Below, piece after piece: positions 16,895 to 28,518 of a stretch of 64,000 nt of DNA. Position numbers and translations under genes: made by a program. The notes beneath the pieces were generated by a model. The model was given only the letters and a program-made list of their open reading frames with translations, was not told where the DNA came from and searched no databases. The first letter of the stretch is position 1, and the number at the start of each line of letters is the position of its first letter. This DNA comes from Candidatus Eiseniibacteriota bacterium (GTDB lineage Bacteria > Eisenbacteria > RBG-16-71-46 > CAZAMP01): NCBI GenBank assembly GCA_965224245.1, contig OZ245046.1:2144001-2208000 (forward strand), read 5' to 3'.

Positions 16895-18660
16895 GCCGGC
16901 GCCCCCGCGCTCCGAGAGCGAGCCAGCGCCTCGACCAGCTCCCGTGCCTCGCGGGCCAGGGGATCGAGCCCGCCACTCGCCGCCATCGGCGCAAATCGTT
17001 TCATGTCACATTGATCCCCGAATGATCTCACCCGTTTCACGAGGTCGGGGTCCACCCCCTCGGCCTCGAGCGCCGCGACGGCCTCCCGCGCGGTCAGCGT
17101 GCTCGACGGCGAATCCAGCCGATCGGCCAGGAAGCCGCCGACGGCGTTCCAGAGCGCCGACGCATCGTCCTCGGTGAGCGCCCGATCGATGGATGCCTGG
17201 GCCCGCACGAGCGCGCCGCGCCGCCGCCGGCCCGTGACGTCGCCCTCGAGTCGCTCGCGCCGGCGCCGCCACACGAACGCACCGGCCACGCCCAGAGCCG
17301 GAAGGAGGTGGATCCAGGCGGTCGCGCGGAGCCCGCTGCCGGCGTCGCCGGCGGTACGGAACCGCGGCGCGTCGGTCCGGATGAAGCGCAGGTCATCGTG
17401 CAGGAGCTCCACGGTTCCCTTCCCGATCGCGCCGAAGCGATCCCCGCCGCCGGTCCCCGGACGCACCGTCACCGGGAACGGCCCCGCGGTGAGCGTGCGG
17501 TAGGCGGCGCGATCGGCGTCGAAGTAGGTGAAGCGAACCTCGGGGATCTCCAGCTCGCCGGCCACCAGTGGCACGAAGGCGCGCTCGATCACACGCGTCC
17601 CGCCGAGCCGCCCCCGCATCAGCTGGGGCTCGGTCACGCTCGAGGCATCGAACACGCGAAACCGCGACGTCTCCGGCACCGCGACCGCCTCCCCGCTGCC
17701 GAGGTTGCCCTGGCCGGCGATGCGGATGGTCAACGTGACCGGGTCGTTCTGATCGACGGTGTCGGTGTCGAGGGTCGCCGACATGTCGAACGATCCCACG
17801 GCGCCGGCGAACGACGGGTCGTCGGTCGGGGGCAGCGGCCGAACCGTGATCTCGAGCGGCTCGCTCGTGACCACGACGCTCCGACGCTCGCGAAATCCCC
17901 CGAAGAACGAGAACCGGTCGCGCCGGCGGCCGGAGGGCACCGACGCCTCGAGCCGCGCGGAGCCGATCGCCTTTCGACCCTCCCCCAGGGGAAACAACGC
18001 GTACCGGAAGCGCTGCACGTTGTACCGCACGCCCTCGAAGACCTCGGTGTCGGGCTCGCGATCGGGCAGCCGCTCGGTGATGAACCCGGTCGTCGGTGGG
18101 GGCTGGTAGTCGCTGTCGAAGATCGTGCCCCGGTAGTAGCACGACACGGTCAGGAGAACCTGCTCACCCTCGTACACGTCGTCGCTGTCGACGGTGGCCA
18201 CGAGGAACAACGTGTCGGGGGCGTCGTCGTCGCGAGCCGTGGGCGAGGACCGTCCCGCGCGTCGCTCCTCGACGGTGATCGTGAAGGGCTCGGTCCGGTA
18301 CACGGTGCCGTCGACGGTCACCGCGATCGACGGCACCGTCAGCTCACCTGCCGCGCGCGGCACCAGCGTGTACCGGTACTGGAACGACGCGTCCATCTGC
18401 CCGTTGACGATCCGCGTCTGCTGGGACGTGCCGCTGGAGAAGACGTCGCACGCCTGGTGCAGCGCGTCGGGCAGCTCGGGGGTCCGCTGGCGATTCGGCG
18501 TGCCCTCGATGTCGATCGTCAGCACGAACCCCTCCCCCACGGTCGCCGTGCGACGATCGGCGGAGGCGGAGACGTCGATCGCCGCCCGCGAGACCGACGC
18601 GACCAGCGCCAGGGATGCGATCGCGACCCGGGTCGCGACCGAGACGTGTCGAGAGCTCAC
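16891..18660 (-). CDS. batD: BatD family protein
   Basis: Signal peptide; IVNG, VYEGEQV, GAVGSF, GQGNL, FTYFD motifs; C-terminal TM; bat operon context. Confidence 0.88.
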   Translation of the reverse strand: MSSRHVSVATRVAIASLALVASVSRAAIDVSASADRRTATVGEGFVLTIDIEGTPNRQRTPELPDALHQACDVFSSGTSQQTRIVNGQMDASFQYRYTLVPRAAGELTVPSIAVTVDGTVYRTEPFTITVEERRAGRSSPTARDDDAPDTLFLVATVDSDDVYEGEQVLLTVSCYYRGTIFDSDYQPPPTTGFITERLPDREPDTEVFEGVRYNVQRFRYALFPLGEGRKAIGSARLEASVPSGRRRDRFSFFGGFRERRSVVVTSEPLEITVRPLPPTDDPSFAGAVGSFDMSATLDTDTVDQNDPVTLTIRIAGQGNLGSGEAVAVPETSRFRVFDASSVTEPQLMRGRLGGTRVIERAFVPLVAGELEIPEVRFTYFDADRAAYRTLTAGPFPVTVRPGTGGGDRFGAIGKGTVELLHDDLRFIRTDAPRFRTAGDAGSGLRATAWIHLLPALGVAGAFVWRRRRERLEGDVTGRRRRGALVRAQASIDRALTEDDASALWNAVGGFLADRLDSPSSTLTAREAVAALEAEGVDPDLVKRVRSFGDQCDMKRFAPMAASGGLDPLAREARELVEALARSRSAGAPA

Positions 18661-18662
18661 CG

Positions 18663-20582
18663 CTACCAGTCCTTTTCCACCGGAACCCGGCTGCGTCGCG
18701 CCTCCAGCAGCTGGCGCAGGTGTTCCCGCTCGGCTTCCTCGAGCTTGTCGAGCTCCCGGCGGGCTTCCTCGGGCGAGATACGCGCCTCTTCGGGCTGCGG
18801 TTCCTCGCCCTGGGAGGCGTCACCCCCCTGCGGCGTCTGCTGCTCGTCCGGGCTCGCGTCCGGAGGCGTCGACCCGTCGTCGGGCGGCTCCTGCCCGGAG
18901 TCCTGGGAGTCGTCGGGGTCGTCGGAATCGGGCGGAGGCTGATCCGGCGACGGTCCCTCGTCGGGCGGCTGCTGACCCTCCTGGCCTCGATCCTGGTCCT
19001 GATCCTGCTGCTGATCCTGCGGCTGCTGCTCGGGAGACGACGAGGAGTCGGGCTCCTGCGACTCGAGCATCCGCTGGACCAGCTCGAGGTTGTAGCGTGC
19101 CTCGGCATTGCCGGGGTCGCCGCGCAGCACGTCCTTGAAGATGCGCTCAGCCTCGGCGAGGTTGTCGAGCTCCGCCTGCGCGTTGCCGGCGTTGTAGAGC
19201 GCCGAGGACGTCAGGGCGGCGTCGCCCGCCCGGGCCGCGCGCTGCCAGTCGCCGATCGCCTCGGCGAGCGCGGCCGAGTCCGGTGCGCCGGCGCGAAACC
19301 GGGCGTTGGCCAGGTTGTAGGAAAGCTCGGGGCGCGCATCCCCGGACACGATGGCCTCGCGATAGCCGCTGGCGGCGGCGGCGTAGTCGCCGGCCTCGTA
19401 CGCCCGGGCGGCCTCGATCGCCTCGCGCGACCACCGCTCGGCCGCAGCCGCCCCGGTCCCGAGCACCGTCGTGCACAGCACCAGCAGGCCGACGGCGGTG
19501 GTCGCGACGGCGCGTCCGTCCGGGCCGCTCCCGCGCGGGGGCGCCGGGCCGCCGCGCGTCGCCCGGGACCCCGCGGATCGACGGCGGCGCGCCGCGTCCC
19601 CGATCAGCAGCTCGAGCGCGAGCAGGAGCACCGCCGGTGCCAGGAAGACGACGTACCGATCGTCGTACAGCTTGAACATGCCGGCCTCGAACGCCTTCTC
19701 CTCCAGGTCGGCCAGGAGGTCGGCCACGTAGTCGACCCCCTCGGCGCCGCGTCCCACGGGGATGTACGCGCCGCCGGTCTCGACGGCGATTCGCTCCAGC
19801 AGCGCCTCGTCGAGTCGTGACATGACGACGCGCCCCTCCCGATCGGACTTGTACGAGCGCCCGCCACGCTCGTCCACGATCGGGATGGGCTCGCCCTCGA
19901 CGCGGCCCATGCCCAGCGCGTAGACGCGGACACCGGCACGCGACGTCTCCTCGATGGCGGCGTCGACGTCTCCCTCGTGGCTCTCGCCGTCGGTGATCAG
20001 GAGGATCGCCCTGGCGTCGGAGCGGTCGTCGTCGTCGAAGCACTCGCGCGCGCGTGTCAGCGCGTCGGCGAGGGCCGTCCCCGGCCGAGCGAGCATACCG
20101 GGCTCGACCACGTCGAGCATCAACCGGATGGCCGAATAGTCGACCGTGAGCGGTGATTGCACGACGGCCTCGCCGGCGAACACGACCAGCCCGACCCGAT
20201 CCCCCTCGAGGCGCTGGAGGAGATCCTTCACGTCCTGACGCGCCCGGGCCAGGCGGCTGGGCTTGATGTCCTCGGCGGTCATGCTCAGTGACACATCGAG
20301 CGCCACGACGATGTCGACGCCCTTCTGTGAGACGTTGACCCAGTCCAGAGCCGACTGCGGTCTCGCCGCGGCCAGGGTCAGCAGCGCAACCGCTCCCAGG
20401 AGGGCCGTGCGCCGGAGCGCCGGCCACGCTCCCGTCGAGCGCGGACCGAGGCGGCCCAGGACGCCCGCGTCGCCCAGCTCGGCCAGCAGGGTCCGGCGTC
20501 GCGCCCGCGCCCACAGGAACACCGCGACCAGGAGCGGCACCGCCAGGAGAAGCCATCTCACTTCGGGATAGGCGAATCGCAC
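18663..20582 (-). CDS. BatB-BatC fusion (VWA + TM + TPR + Q/D-rich linker)
   Basis: MIDAS DVSLS, LITDGE; TPRs (YNLAN, YNAGN, ARYNLEL); ends EKDW like BatC. Confidence 0.85.
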   Translation of the reverse strand: MRFAYPEVRWLLLAVPLLVAVFLWARARRRTLLAELGDAGVLGRLGPRSTGAWPALRRTALLGAVALLTLAAARPQSALDWVNVSQKGVDIVVALDVSLSMTAEDIKPSRLARARQDVKDLLQRLEGDRVGLVVFAGEAVVQSPLTVDYSAIRLMLDVVEPGMLARPGTALADALTRARECFDDDDRSDARAILLITDGESHEGDVDAAIEETSRAGVRVYALGMGRVEGEPIPIVDERGGRSYKSDREGRVVMSRLDEALLERIAVETGGAYIPVGRGAEGVDYVADLLADLEEKAFEAGMFKLYDDRYVVFLAPAVLLLALELLIGDAARRRRSAGSRATRGGPAPPRGSGPDGRAVATTAVGLLVLCTTVLGTGAAAAERWSREAIEAARAYEAGDYAAAASGYREAIVSGDARPELSYNLANARFRAGAPDSAALAEAIGDWQRAARAGDAALTSSALYNAGNAQAELDNLAEAERIFKDVLRGDPGNAEARYNLELVQRMLESQEPDSSSSPEQQPQDQQQDQDQDRGQEGQQPPDEGPSPDQPPPDSDDPDDSQDSGQEPPDDGSTPPDASPDEQQTPQGGDASQGEEPQPEEARISPEEARRELDKLEEAEREHLRQLLEARRSRVPVEKDW

Positions 20583-20585
20583 GGC

Positions 20586-21587
20586 TCACTCCCAGGTTCG
20601 GAGGCAGACGGTCTGCCCCGCGATCAGCTCCACGAGAAGCACGAGCAACGCCAGGAGCGCGAGGGTCGGGCCGACCTCCGAGTAGCGGACGTAGACCTCG
20701 GTCTCGATCTCGGTCTTCTCCATCTCGCTGATCCGATCGTAGATCCGCCCCAGCGCCTCGGGATCGGTGGCCCGGAAGTACAGACCGCCGGACGTCGTGG
20801 CCACGTCGGTGAGCGTCTCCTCGTCGAGCTTGCTCTCGTAGTAGACGTATCGCTTGCGACCGAACGCGTCGATCTCGGGGAACGGGACCTTCTCCTTCTC
20901 GGATCCTACACCGATCGTGTAGACGCGGATCCCGAGCGACTTGCAGAGCTCGGCGGCGGTCGCCGGATCCACCGCACCGGCGTTGTTGATCCCGTCGGTC
21001 AACAGGATCACGACCTTGCTCTCGGCCTCGGAGTCCTTCAGGCGATTGGCGGCGGTGGCGATGGCCATCCCGATCGCGGTGGCGTTCGGGTCGCCGACGT
21101 CCTCGAACCGGACGTTCCGCACCAGCCCGGCCAGGACACCGTAGTCGCGGGTCAGGGGACACTTCGTGAACGCGTCCCCCGCGAAGATGACGAGCCCGAT
21201 GCGGTCGCCGGTCCGGCCCATGACGAAGTCGGCGGCTCGCTCCTTGGCCACGTGGAGGCGATTCTCGGGCTGAAAGTCCTCGGCCCGCATCGAGCCCGAG
21301 ACGTCCAGCGCCAGGACGATGTCGATGGCGTCGCCCACGAGCTGCTCCTCGCGCTCACCGAACTGCGGTCGCGCGAGCGCGATGATCCCCAGCCCGATCG
21401 CCGTCGCGCGGAGCCAGGGAAGCGCGCGGTGGAGGCGCACCCGCACGCTGATGCCCACGCGCGCCAGATCGGAGACGCCGGGGTAGGTGATGCGGCTCCG
21501 ATGACGCTCACGTGCCGGGCGCGTCGCGGCGTAGAGGAGCAAGAGGACCGGCAGCGCCAGGAGCACGAGCGGATACGCGAACCTCAC
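20586..21587 (-). CDS. batA: BatA VWA-domain protein
   Basis: GTG start with GGAGG RBS; LARPQ, DVSGSM, TAIG, LLTDG, IRVYTIGVG, YFRATD. Confidence 0.9.
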   Translation of the reverse strand: MRFAYPLVLLALPVLLLLYAATRPARERHRSRITYPGVSDLARVGISVRVRLHRALPWLRATAIGLGIIALARPQFGEREEQLVGDAIDIVLALDVSGSMRAEDFQPENRLHVAKERAADFVMGRTGDRIGLVIFAGDAFTKCPLTRDYGVLAGLVRNVRFEDVGDPNATAIGMAIATAANRLKDSEAESKVVILLTDGINNAGAVDPATAAELCKSLGIRVYTIGVGSEKEKVPFPEIDAFGRKRYVYYESKLDEETLTDVATTSGGLYFRATDPEALGRIYDRISEMEKTEIETEVYVRYSEVGPTLALLALLVLLVELIAGQTVCLRTWE

Positions 21588-22609
21588 GGGCGCCTCCCCT
21601 GTTCGGCCCATGGCCGTGGCGCGTGACCGTCCGCGCTCGGCCCCGCCGGCGGCGACGACCGCACCGACGTCACGGTCGCCGTGGTGAGCGTCACGAACGC
21701 CCTGGCCGCCGCGAGGTCGCGAGAGGGCACGTCGGTGGCGGGAACGGCCTTCGCGAACTTCACCGCGTCTCCCTCGTGGAGCACGCCCCGGAGCGACAGG
21801 ACGGCCTGATCGGGTGCCTGGGCCTGGCGCAGTGCGGCCAGCGTCTCGCTCGTGGTCAGGTCCGGGGCGTCGACGCCGTAGCGCTCGGCCACGTAGTGAC
21901 GCAGGATGTCGGTGAGCTCGGTGTAGAACGCCTTCCACGGTCCCATCCGGGCCAGGTCGGAAGCCGCCAGACGCGACAGCGCGGCCAGCGCCCGCTCGTG
22001 CGCCGGGGCCGGCGGAGTCGCCGGCAGGATCGGCGCCCGACCCCGACGACGCCACCACGCGGTGATGAGCGCGGCCAGCGCCAGCGCGGCCGCCGCCGCC
22101 ACGATCCACGGCCAGCGACGTGCGGGCGGTCGGATGGGCACGGCCTCCCGGATCGGCAGGAGTGACTCGGCATCGGCGGGGACCGTGGAGAGGACGGTCA
22201 CGGTCAGGCTCTCGCTCACCGCCACGCACAGGTCGCCCGCCGCCCTGGCCGCGAAGCGCAATGGGGCGACGCGATGCCGCCCCACGGCGAACGCCGCGGC
22301 ATCGATCACGACGTGCGCGGTGTCCCCCCGGTCGAGCGCGCGCTCGATGCCCGTGACCTCGATCGGGCCGAGCTCGGCGAGCGGCGTGATCATCTCGATG
22401 GCCTCCAGCCCGGGATGAACCAGCTCCGCGTCGACCCGGAACGGCTGTCCCATCAGGAGCGAATCGGCGTGCACGCGGACGACGACCGGAACCACGACCG
22501 TGTCCGGGACCGACTCCGCCGCCTCCTGGGCTCCCGTCGCCGAGCCGGCGTGGAGGACCGCGAGGATCACCGCCGCCCGGGCCGCGTCACGAGCGCTCCC
22601 GATCGCCAT
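21584..22609 (-). CDS. Bat-operon membrane protein (DUF4381-like)
   Basis: Signal peptide, Ig-like region, single TM, then FYTELTDILRHY...TTSE...DAVKFAK. Confidence 0.75.
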   Translation of the reverse strand: MAIGSARDAARAAVILAVLHAGSATGAQEAAESVPDTVVVPVVVRVHADSLLMGQPFRVDAELVHPGLEAIEMITPLAELGPIEVTGIERALDRGDTAHVVIDAAAFAVGRHRVAPLRFAARAAGDLCVAVSESLTVTVLSTVPADAESLLPIREAVPIRPPARRWPWIVAAAAALALAALITAWWRRRGRAPILPATPPAPAHERALAALSRLAASDLARMGPWKAFYTELTDILRHYVAERYGVDAPDLTTSETLAALRQAQAPDQAVLSLRGVLHEGDAVKFAKAVPATDVPSRDLAAARAFVTLTTATVTSVRSSPPAGPSADGHAPRPWAEQGRRP

Positions 22610-23531
22610 CAGCGTCGCCGCCTCTGATCCCTGGCGCGGAAGAAGTCGTGCATCGGACGAACGTAGTCACCGGTGGTGTCGATGCGGATGTGATCCACTC
22701 CCGCCGAGCGAAGCGTCTCGGTGAGCCGCGCCCGGCGCTCGGCCCGGAGCGCCTGGTACGCCGCGCGCACGGCGGGGTCGCCGAGGTCGAGGGTCGCGCG
22801 CTCGCCCGACTCGGGGTCGACGCCCTCGACGAGCCCATCTCCGCGGAGCGCGAGCTCGAACGGGTCAAGCACCTCGATCGCGATCACGTCGTGACGCCGG
22901 GCCAGCACCGACAGCGGCTGGCGAAACCCGGTGTCCTGAAAGTCCGAGATCACGAAGATGACGGCCCCTCGCTTGTGAACGCGCGCGGCGAACTCCAGGG
23001 CGGCGCCGATGTCGGTCCCCCTGCCCTCCGGCTCGAAGAACAGGATGTCGCGGACCAGGCGGAGCACGTGGGAGCGTCCCTTGCGCGCCGGGATGTAGCT
23101 CTCGACGCGATCGGTGAACGGGATCAGCCCCACCTTGTCCTTGTTCCGCACCGCGCTCATGGCCAGCACGGCGGTGATCTCGGCCGAGGTCTGTCCCTTG
23201 GTGCGCGCCGCCAGCCCGAAATCGGTGGAGCCGGAGAGATCCACGACGAACGTCACCGTGAGCTCGCGCTCCTCGACGTATCCCTTCACGTACGGCTCGC
23301 CCTGCCGGGCGGTGACGTTCCAGTCGATGGAGCGAACGTCGTCTCCGGGGACGTACTGCCGCACCTCGTCGAACTCCATGCCGCGTCCCTTGAACGCGGA
23401 GTGGTACTCGCCCTGGAAGAGGTTCTGCACCATCCGTCGCGTGCGGATCTCGATCCGCCGGACCTGGGCGACGACGTCGCGGGGAAGCGGCAATCGCTCG
23501 CGGCCGGCCCCCGTTCGCGCGCCGGGAGACA

Positions 23532-23532
<1 letters not shown>
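22609..23532 (-). CDS. DUF58 domain protein
   Basis: YHSAFKGRGMEFDEVRQYVPGDDVRSIDWNVTAR, EERE, ISDF; start overlaps the moxR stop. Confidence 0.92.
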
Positions 23533-24518
<986 letters not shown>

Positions 24519-24705
24519 GAGCCCTCCTTGCCTCCCGGTTCCATGCGCCGAGACGGGGCTCGGCCCTCGCCACGGCGTCACCGCCGGGCGCTCAACGACC
24601 GTAGCTGAGATCTTCGGAAATGACGGCCTGCCGGGCTGAACCGGCGCCCCCTCGGGGACGTCCCGCGCATCGCGCGACCTCGGCGGCCCAAACTCGGGAC
24701 ACGAG

Positions 24706-24734
24706 ACCATACCGACACGCCGGTGACGAGACAA
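24706..24734 (-). promoter_or_regulatory. sigma70-type promoter for the moxR-bat operon
   Basis: TTGTCT-N17-TATGGT on the minus strand. Confidence 0.5.
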
Positions 24735-24967
24735 GCGCCAAGCCGGCGCGCGACGGGTCGGCCCTGTTCGTGTACACGCGAGACCCCGGTCCAGATCCAC
24801 CGGAGCCTCGGTTCGTCCGAGCCACCGCCGTGCGATCGGCCGGAGCGGACCGCAGCCGACCGCACGCCCATCCGACGAACATAGATGATCCGGAGGTCCC
24901 GGATGCCCGATCCGGCTGGCCAGCGCGTCGCGTCCACGAACACCATCAGCGGGAGTCCGAGCGCGAG

Positions 24968-26671
24968 ATGTTCTCACGCACCCACGTTCCGACCGCCATC
25001 GCCGGCACCGCCGCGCTCGTCTCGGGCCTGGGCGCCTGGCTGGTGACCGAGCTGGGGACCGTGCCCGCCGGGGCCGTCACCGAGCTGATCGGCGCCGCCG
25101 CCACGACCGCCAGCCTCGACTCCCCCGACTTCGCCGACGCCCTGTACGGCGTCGTCCGGCGCTCCGACGCGCGCGCCGCGGCGGTCATCGACGCCGAGGG
25201 ACGGATCACCCACCACACCGACTCGAAGCGGATCGGGCACTGGGTGCCTCCGAGCACCGCCCGCGTCGGCGATGCGATCGCCCAGACCGTGTTCGGCGAG
25301 CGGGGACCGACCACGATCGTCCGGATCGGGGTCGACCAGCGCGAGCTGGTGGTCCTGGGTGCGGCTCCCCACTCGCTCGCCCGCATCCTGCCGTTCCTGC
25401 TCCTGGCCGTGGCCACGGGCGCGATCGCGTGGGGGGTCGGCGCGCGGACCAATCGGGCGCTCGAGGGGACCGAGAGCGAGCTCGATCCGATCCGCCGGGC
25501 CCTGGTCGCCGACGGCACGTTCCCTGAGCGGGGGGATCTGGACGGCGACCAGATCGCCGATCTCGTGGTCGAGGCGCTCGAGTCGTCCGAGTCGCTGCAT
25601 CTGGAGTGCCGGACGCTGGAGTTCGAACGCAACCGGCGCCAGCAGGTTCTGGACAGCCTGCCCGACGGCGTCGTCATGACCGACAACATCGGCGACGTGA
25701 CGTACGTCAATCGCGCGGGTGCGGCGCTGATGAGCGTCCGGGCCGAGGACGCGATCGGACAGCCGTTCGGGGCGCTGAACGCCGCGCTGGCGTCGGCGGC
25801 GGCCAGCGCCCAGCGGACGGGGCGGGCCGTGCTCTCGACCGGAGAGGAGCCCGCGCGGCGCCATCTCCTCCTGAGACGCGTGCACCTCGTCGCGGACGGA
25901 AGCCCGACCGGAACGCTCTACTCCGTCCGCGACGTCACGCAGCAGCACGCGGCCGAGCGCGCCCAGGCCGAGTTCGTCTCCCAGCTCTCTCACGAGCTGA
26001 AGGCGCCGCTGAACACGATCGTGACCTACGTGGACGCGCTCGCCGACAGCGAGCTCCTGGACGAGAACGAACGCGGCCAGTACTTCAACACGCTCTCCAG
26101 CGAAGCTCAGCGCATGGGACGGCTGATCTCGAACCTGCTGCAGATCTCCCGCATCGAGCTGGGCAACCTCTCGGCGAAGTTCGCGTTCGTCAAGTCGTCC
26201 ACGCTGATCCGCAATCTCGCCGAGTCGTTCACGTCCCAGGCCGAGGGACTCGGGCACACGCTGCGCGTCAACGTGCCGAGTAACCTCCCTCCGCTCTACG
26301 GAGACAAGGACCTCCTGAGCGTCGCGATCTCGAACCTCGTGTCGAATGCGATCAAGTACACACCGCCCGGGGGTGACATCGAGGTCACCGCCGCGGTCGA
26401 CGTGGAGGGCCTCGTCATTCGCGTTCGCGACTCGGGGATCGGCATCCCCGACGACGAGCTGGATCGGGTCTTCGAGCGATTCCATCGCTCCGAGCAGCCC
26501 GAGGTCCGCGAGGTCGGTGGCACCGGGCTGGGCCTGTCCCTGGTGCGGGAGATCGTCCAGCTGCACGAGGGACGCGTCCGCGTCGAGAGCACGATCGGTC
26601 AGGGCAGCGAGTTCATCATCGAGCTGCCCATCCGCGAGGTGGGGGAACGTCTGGACCTGGCGGCCGCGTAG
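24968..26671 (+). CDS. Membrane sensor histidine kinase (2 TM, PAS, HisKA, HATPase)
   Basis: H-box SHELKAPL, N-box NLVSNAIKY, DSGIG, GTGLGL; PAS LDSLPDGVV...YVNRA. Confidence 0.92.
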   Translation: MFSRTHVPTAIAGTAALVSGLGAWLVTELGTVPAGAVTELIGAAATTASLDSPDFADALYGVVRRSDARAAAVIDAEGRITHHTDSKRIGHWVPPSTARVGDAIAQTVFGERGPTTIVRIGVDQRELVVLGAAPHSLARILPFLLLAVATGAIAWGVGARTNRALEGTESELDPIRRALVADGTFPERGDLDGDQIADLVVEALESSESLHLECRTLEFERNRRQQVLDSLPDGVVMTDNIGDVTYVNRAGAALMSVRAEDAIGQPFGALNAALASAAASAQRTGRAVLSTGEEPARRHLLLRRVHLVADGSPTGTLYSVRDVTQQHAAERAQAEFVSQLSHELKAPLNTIVTYVDALADSELLDENERGQYFNTLSSEAQRMGRLISNLLQISRIELGNLSAKFAFVKSSTLIRNLAESFTSQAEGLGHTLRVNVPSNLPPLYGDKDLLSVAISNLVSNAIKYTPPGGDIEVTAAVDVEGLVIRVRDSGIGIPDDELDRVFERFHRSEQPEVREVGGTGLGLSLVREIVQLHEGRVRVESTIGQGSEFIIELPIREVGERLDLAAA

Positions 26672-26692
26672 CCGTCGCCCGGGGAGGAACCG

Positions 26693-27085
26693 GTGTCACA
26701 CATCTTGATCGTCGACGACGATCCCGCCGTCGCACGCGTGCTGGCGATGATGTTCGAGAGATCCGGATACCGGGTCGACGTGGCCAACGACGGCCAGGAG
26801 GCGCTCGAACGCCTCGGTCGGATCCGCGCGGACGCGATGATCTGCGACATCAACATGCCGCGCCTCAGCGGGCGTGAGCTCTGCATCACGCTGTGGCGAG
26901 ACGGCCCCTACCTCCCGCGATGCGTCTGCATCGTGACGTCCTCGACGAACCTCGAGGAGCGAGACTGGCTGGATGAGATGCCGGGAGTCGAGCTGGTCGA
27001 GAAGCCGGTCAGCCCCCGTGCGCTTCTCGGACGCGTGGGCGAACGACTGGCCAGCCTCGAAGGGGAGAAGGAATCGGCGGCATGA
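26693..27085 (+). CDS. Single-domain response regulator (CheY-like)
   Basis: ILIVDDD, ICDINMP, IVTS, EKP; no output domain. Confidence 0.92.
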   Translation: MSHILIVDDDPAVARVLAMMFERSGYRVDVANDGQEALERLGRIRADAMICDINMPRLSGRELCITLWRDGPYLPRCVCIVTSSTNLEERDWLDEMPGVELVEKPVSPRALLGRVGERLASLEGEKESAA

Positions 27086-28485
27086 ACGCCTCGCAGGCCA
27101 GGTTCGCGGAGTGGGCCCGAACGTCGGCGCTTCCGTTGTTCGACGAGATCGCGAGATCGGTGCCGTCGCTGGCGCTCCGGGCGTCCGACGGCACCCTCGT
27201 TCGCGGACGCGACGGCGTTCAGCCGGAAGCATCGGCGATCCGGATCGCCATCGAGACTCGGGGCAACGTGCTCGGAACGCTCGCATCCGAGGAGACCGTC
27301 CACGCGTCGCTGGTCGAGGTCCTCGCGTCCGAGCTCACGCGCCGTTTCACCACCGAGACCGATCTCGAGGACGTCCTGGAGACGCTGGCCCAGTGCTACG
27401 AGGAGCTCAACCTCCTCTACCGGCTGGCCAGCTCGGTCCAGACCGAGGACGACTTCGCGTCGGACTGCCGGATCCTCCTCGGCGAGACCGTGGACACACT
27501 CGACGAGCGCAGTGTCGTCCTCATGCTACGGGACGGCGGGCACGACTTCGTCGAGACGGCCGCGTCCGGCGGCCGCGAGGTGTCGGACGCGGTCCGCGCG
27601 GTGGGCCGCAACCGCGAGCTGCTCGATCAGGTGCGATCCGCACCGGCCCCCGAGGAGAAGGGCTCCCGGTCGGTGCGCATCGCGGGCGCGAGCCCGTTCG
27701 GACGGACGATCCTGCCCTACCTGGCGGTACCGGTGTACGACCGCGACGGGATCGGCGGTGCCGTCGTGGCCGTTCACGGCCTCGACGAGCCCCCGATCGA
27801 GTCGGGCGAGATGAAGCTCCTGGAGTGTCTGGCCGCGAAGCTGTCCAGCACGCTGATCCACCGCCAGCTCCAGAACGAGCTCAAGGACATGCTGTTCAAC
27901 ACCGTCCGCTGCCTCGTGGCCGCCATCGAGGCCAAGGACGCGTACACGCGCGGGCACTCCGAACGCGTGTACGAGCTCTCGATCGAGCTGGGTCGTCGGC
28001 TCGGCCTCTCGCCGGCCGATCTTCAGACGTTGACCTGGTCGTCGCTCCTGCACGACATCGGAAAGATCGCGATCCCCGGGGAGATCCTCGCGAAACCCGG
28101 CCGGCTGACCGACGAAGAGTTCGAGATCATCAAGACCCATCCCGAGCGCGGGTGCGTCGTGCTGGAGCCGATTCCTCAGCTGCGCGCGGTGCTGCCGGGG
28201 ATCCGGCACCACCACGAGCGCGTCGACGGCCGCGGATACCCCGACGGGCTGGCCGGAGCGGAGATCCCGCTTCTGGCCCGGATCATCGCCGTCGCCGACA
28301 CCTACGATGCGATGGTCTCGACGCGGGCGTACCGGAAGCCCCGGAGCTTCGAGTTCGCGGTCGACGAGGTCCGCCGCTCGGCCGGCACGCAGCTCGATCC
28401 GACGATCGTGGACGCGTTCCTGGAGCTGATCGACGCAGGGCGTGTCGGTCCCGGGGTCGAGCCGGTGGCCCGGGACGCGGCATAG
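27082..28485 (+). CDS. GAF-like + HD-GYP cyclic di-GMP phosphodiesterase
   Basis: EAKDAYTRGHSERV, LHDIGK, HHHERVDGRGYPDGL, IIAVADTYDAM...RAYR; ATGA overlap with the receiver gene. Confidence 0.92.
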   Translation: MNASQARFAEWARTSALPLFDEIARSVPSLALRASDGTLVRGRDGVQPEASAIRIAIETRGNVLGTLASEETVHASLVEVLASELTRRFTTETDLEDVLETLAQCYEELNLLYRLASSVQTEDDFASDCRILLGETVDTLDERSVVLMLRDGGHDFVETAASGGREVSDAVRAVGRNRELLDQVRSAPAPEEKGSRSVRIAGASPFGRTILPYLAVPVYDRDGIGGAVVAVHGLDEPPIESGEMKLLECLAAKLSSTLIHRQLQNELKDMLFNTVRCLVAAIEAKDAYTRGHSERVYELSIELGRRLGLSPADLQTLTWSSLLHDIGKIAIPGEILAKPGRLTDEEFEIIKTHPERGCVVLEPIPQLRAVLPGIRHHHERVDGRGYPDGLAGAEIPLLARIIAVADTYDAMVSTRAYRKPRSFEFAVDEVRRSAGTQLDPTIVDAFLELIDAGRVGPGVEPVARDAA

Positions 28486-28518
28486 GCACGGCTCGGACAC
28501 CGGAGTCAGGGGGCGCAG

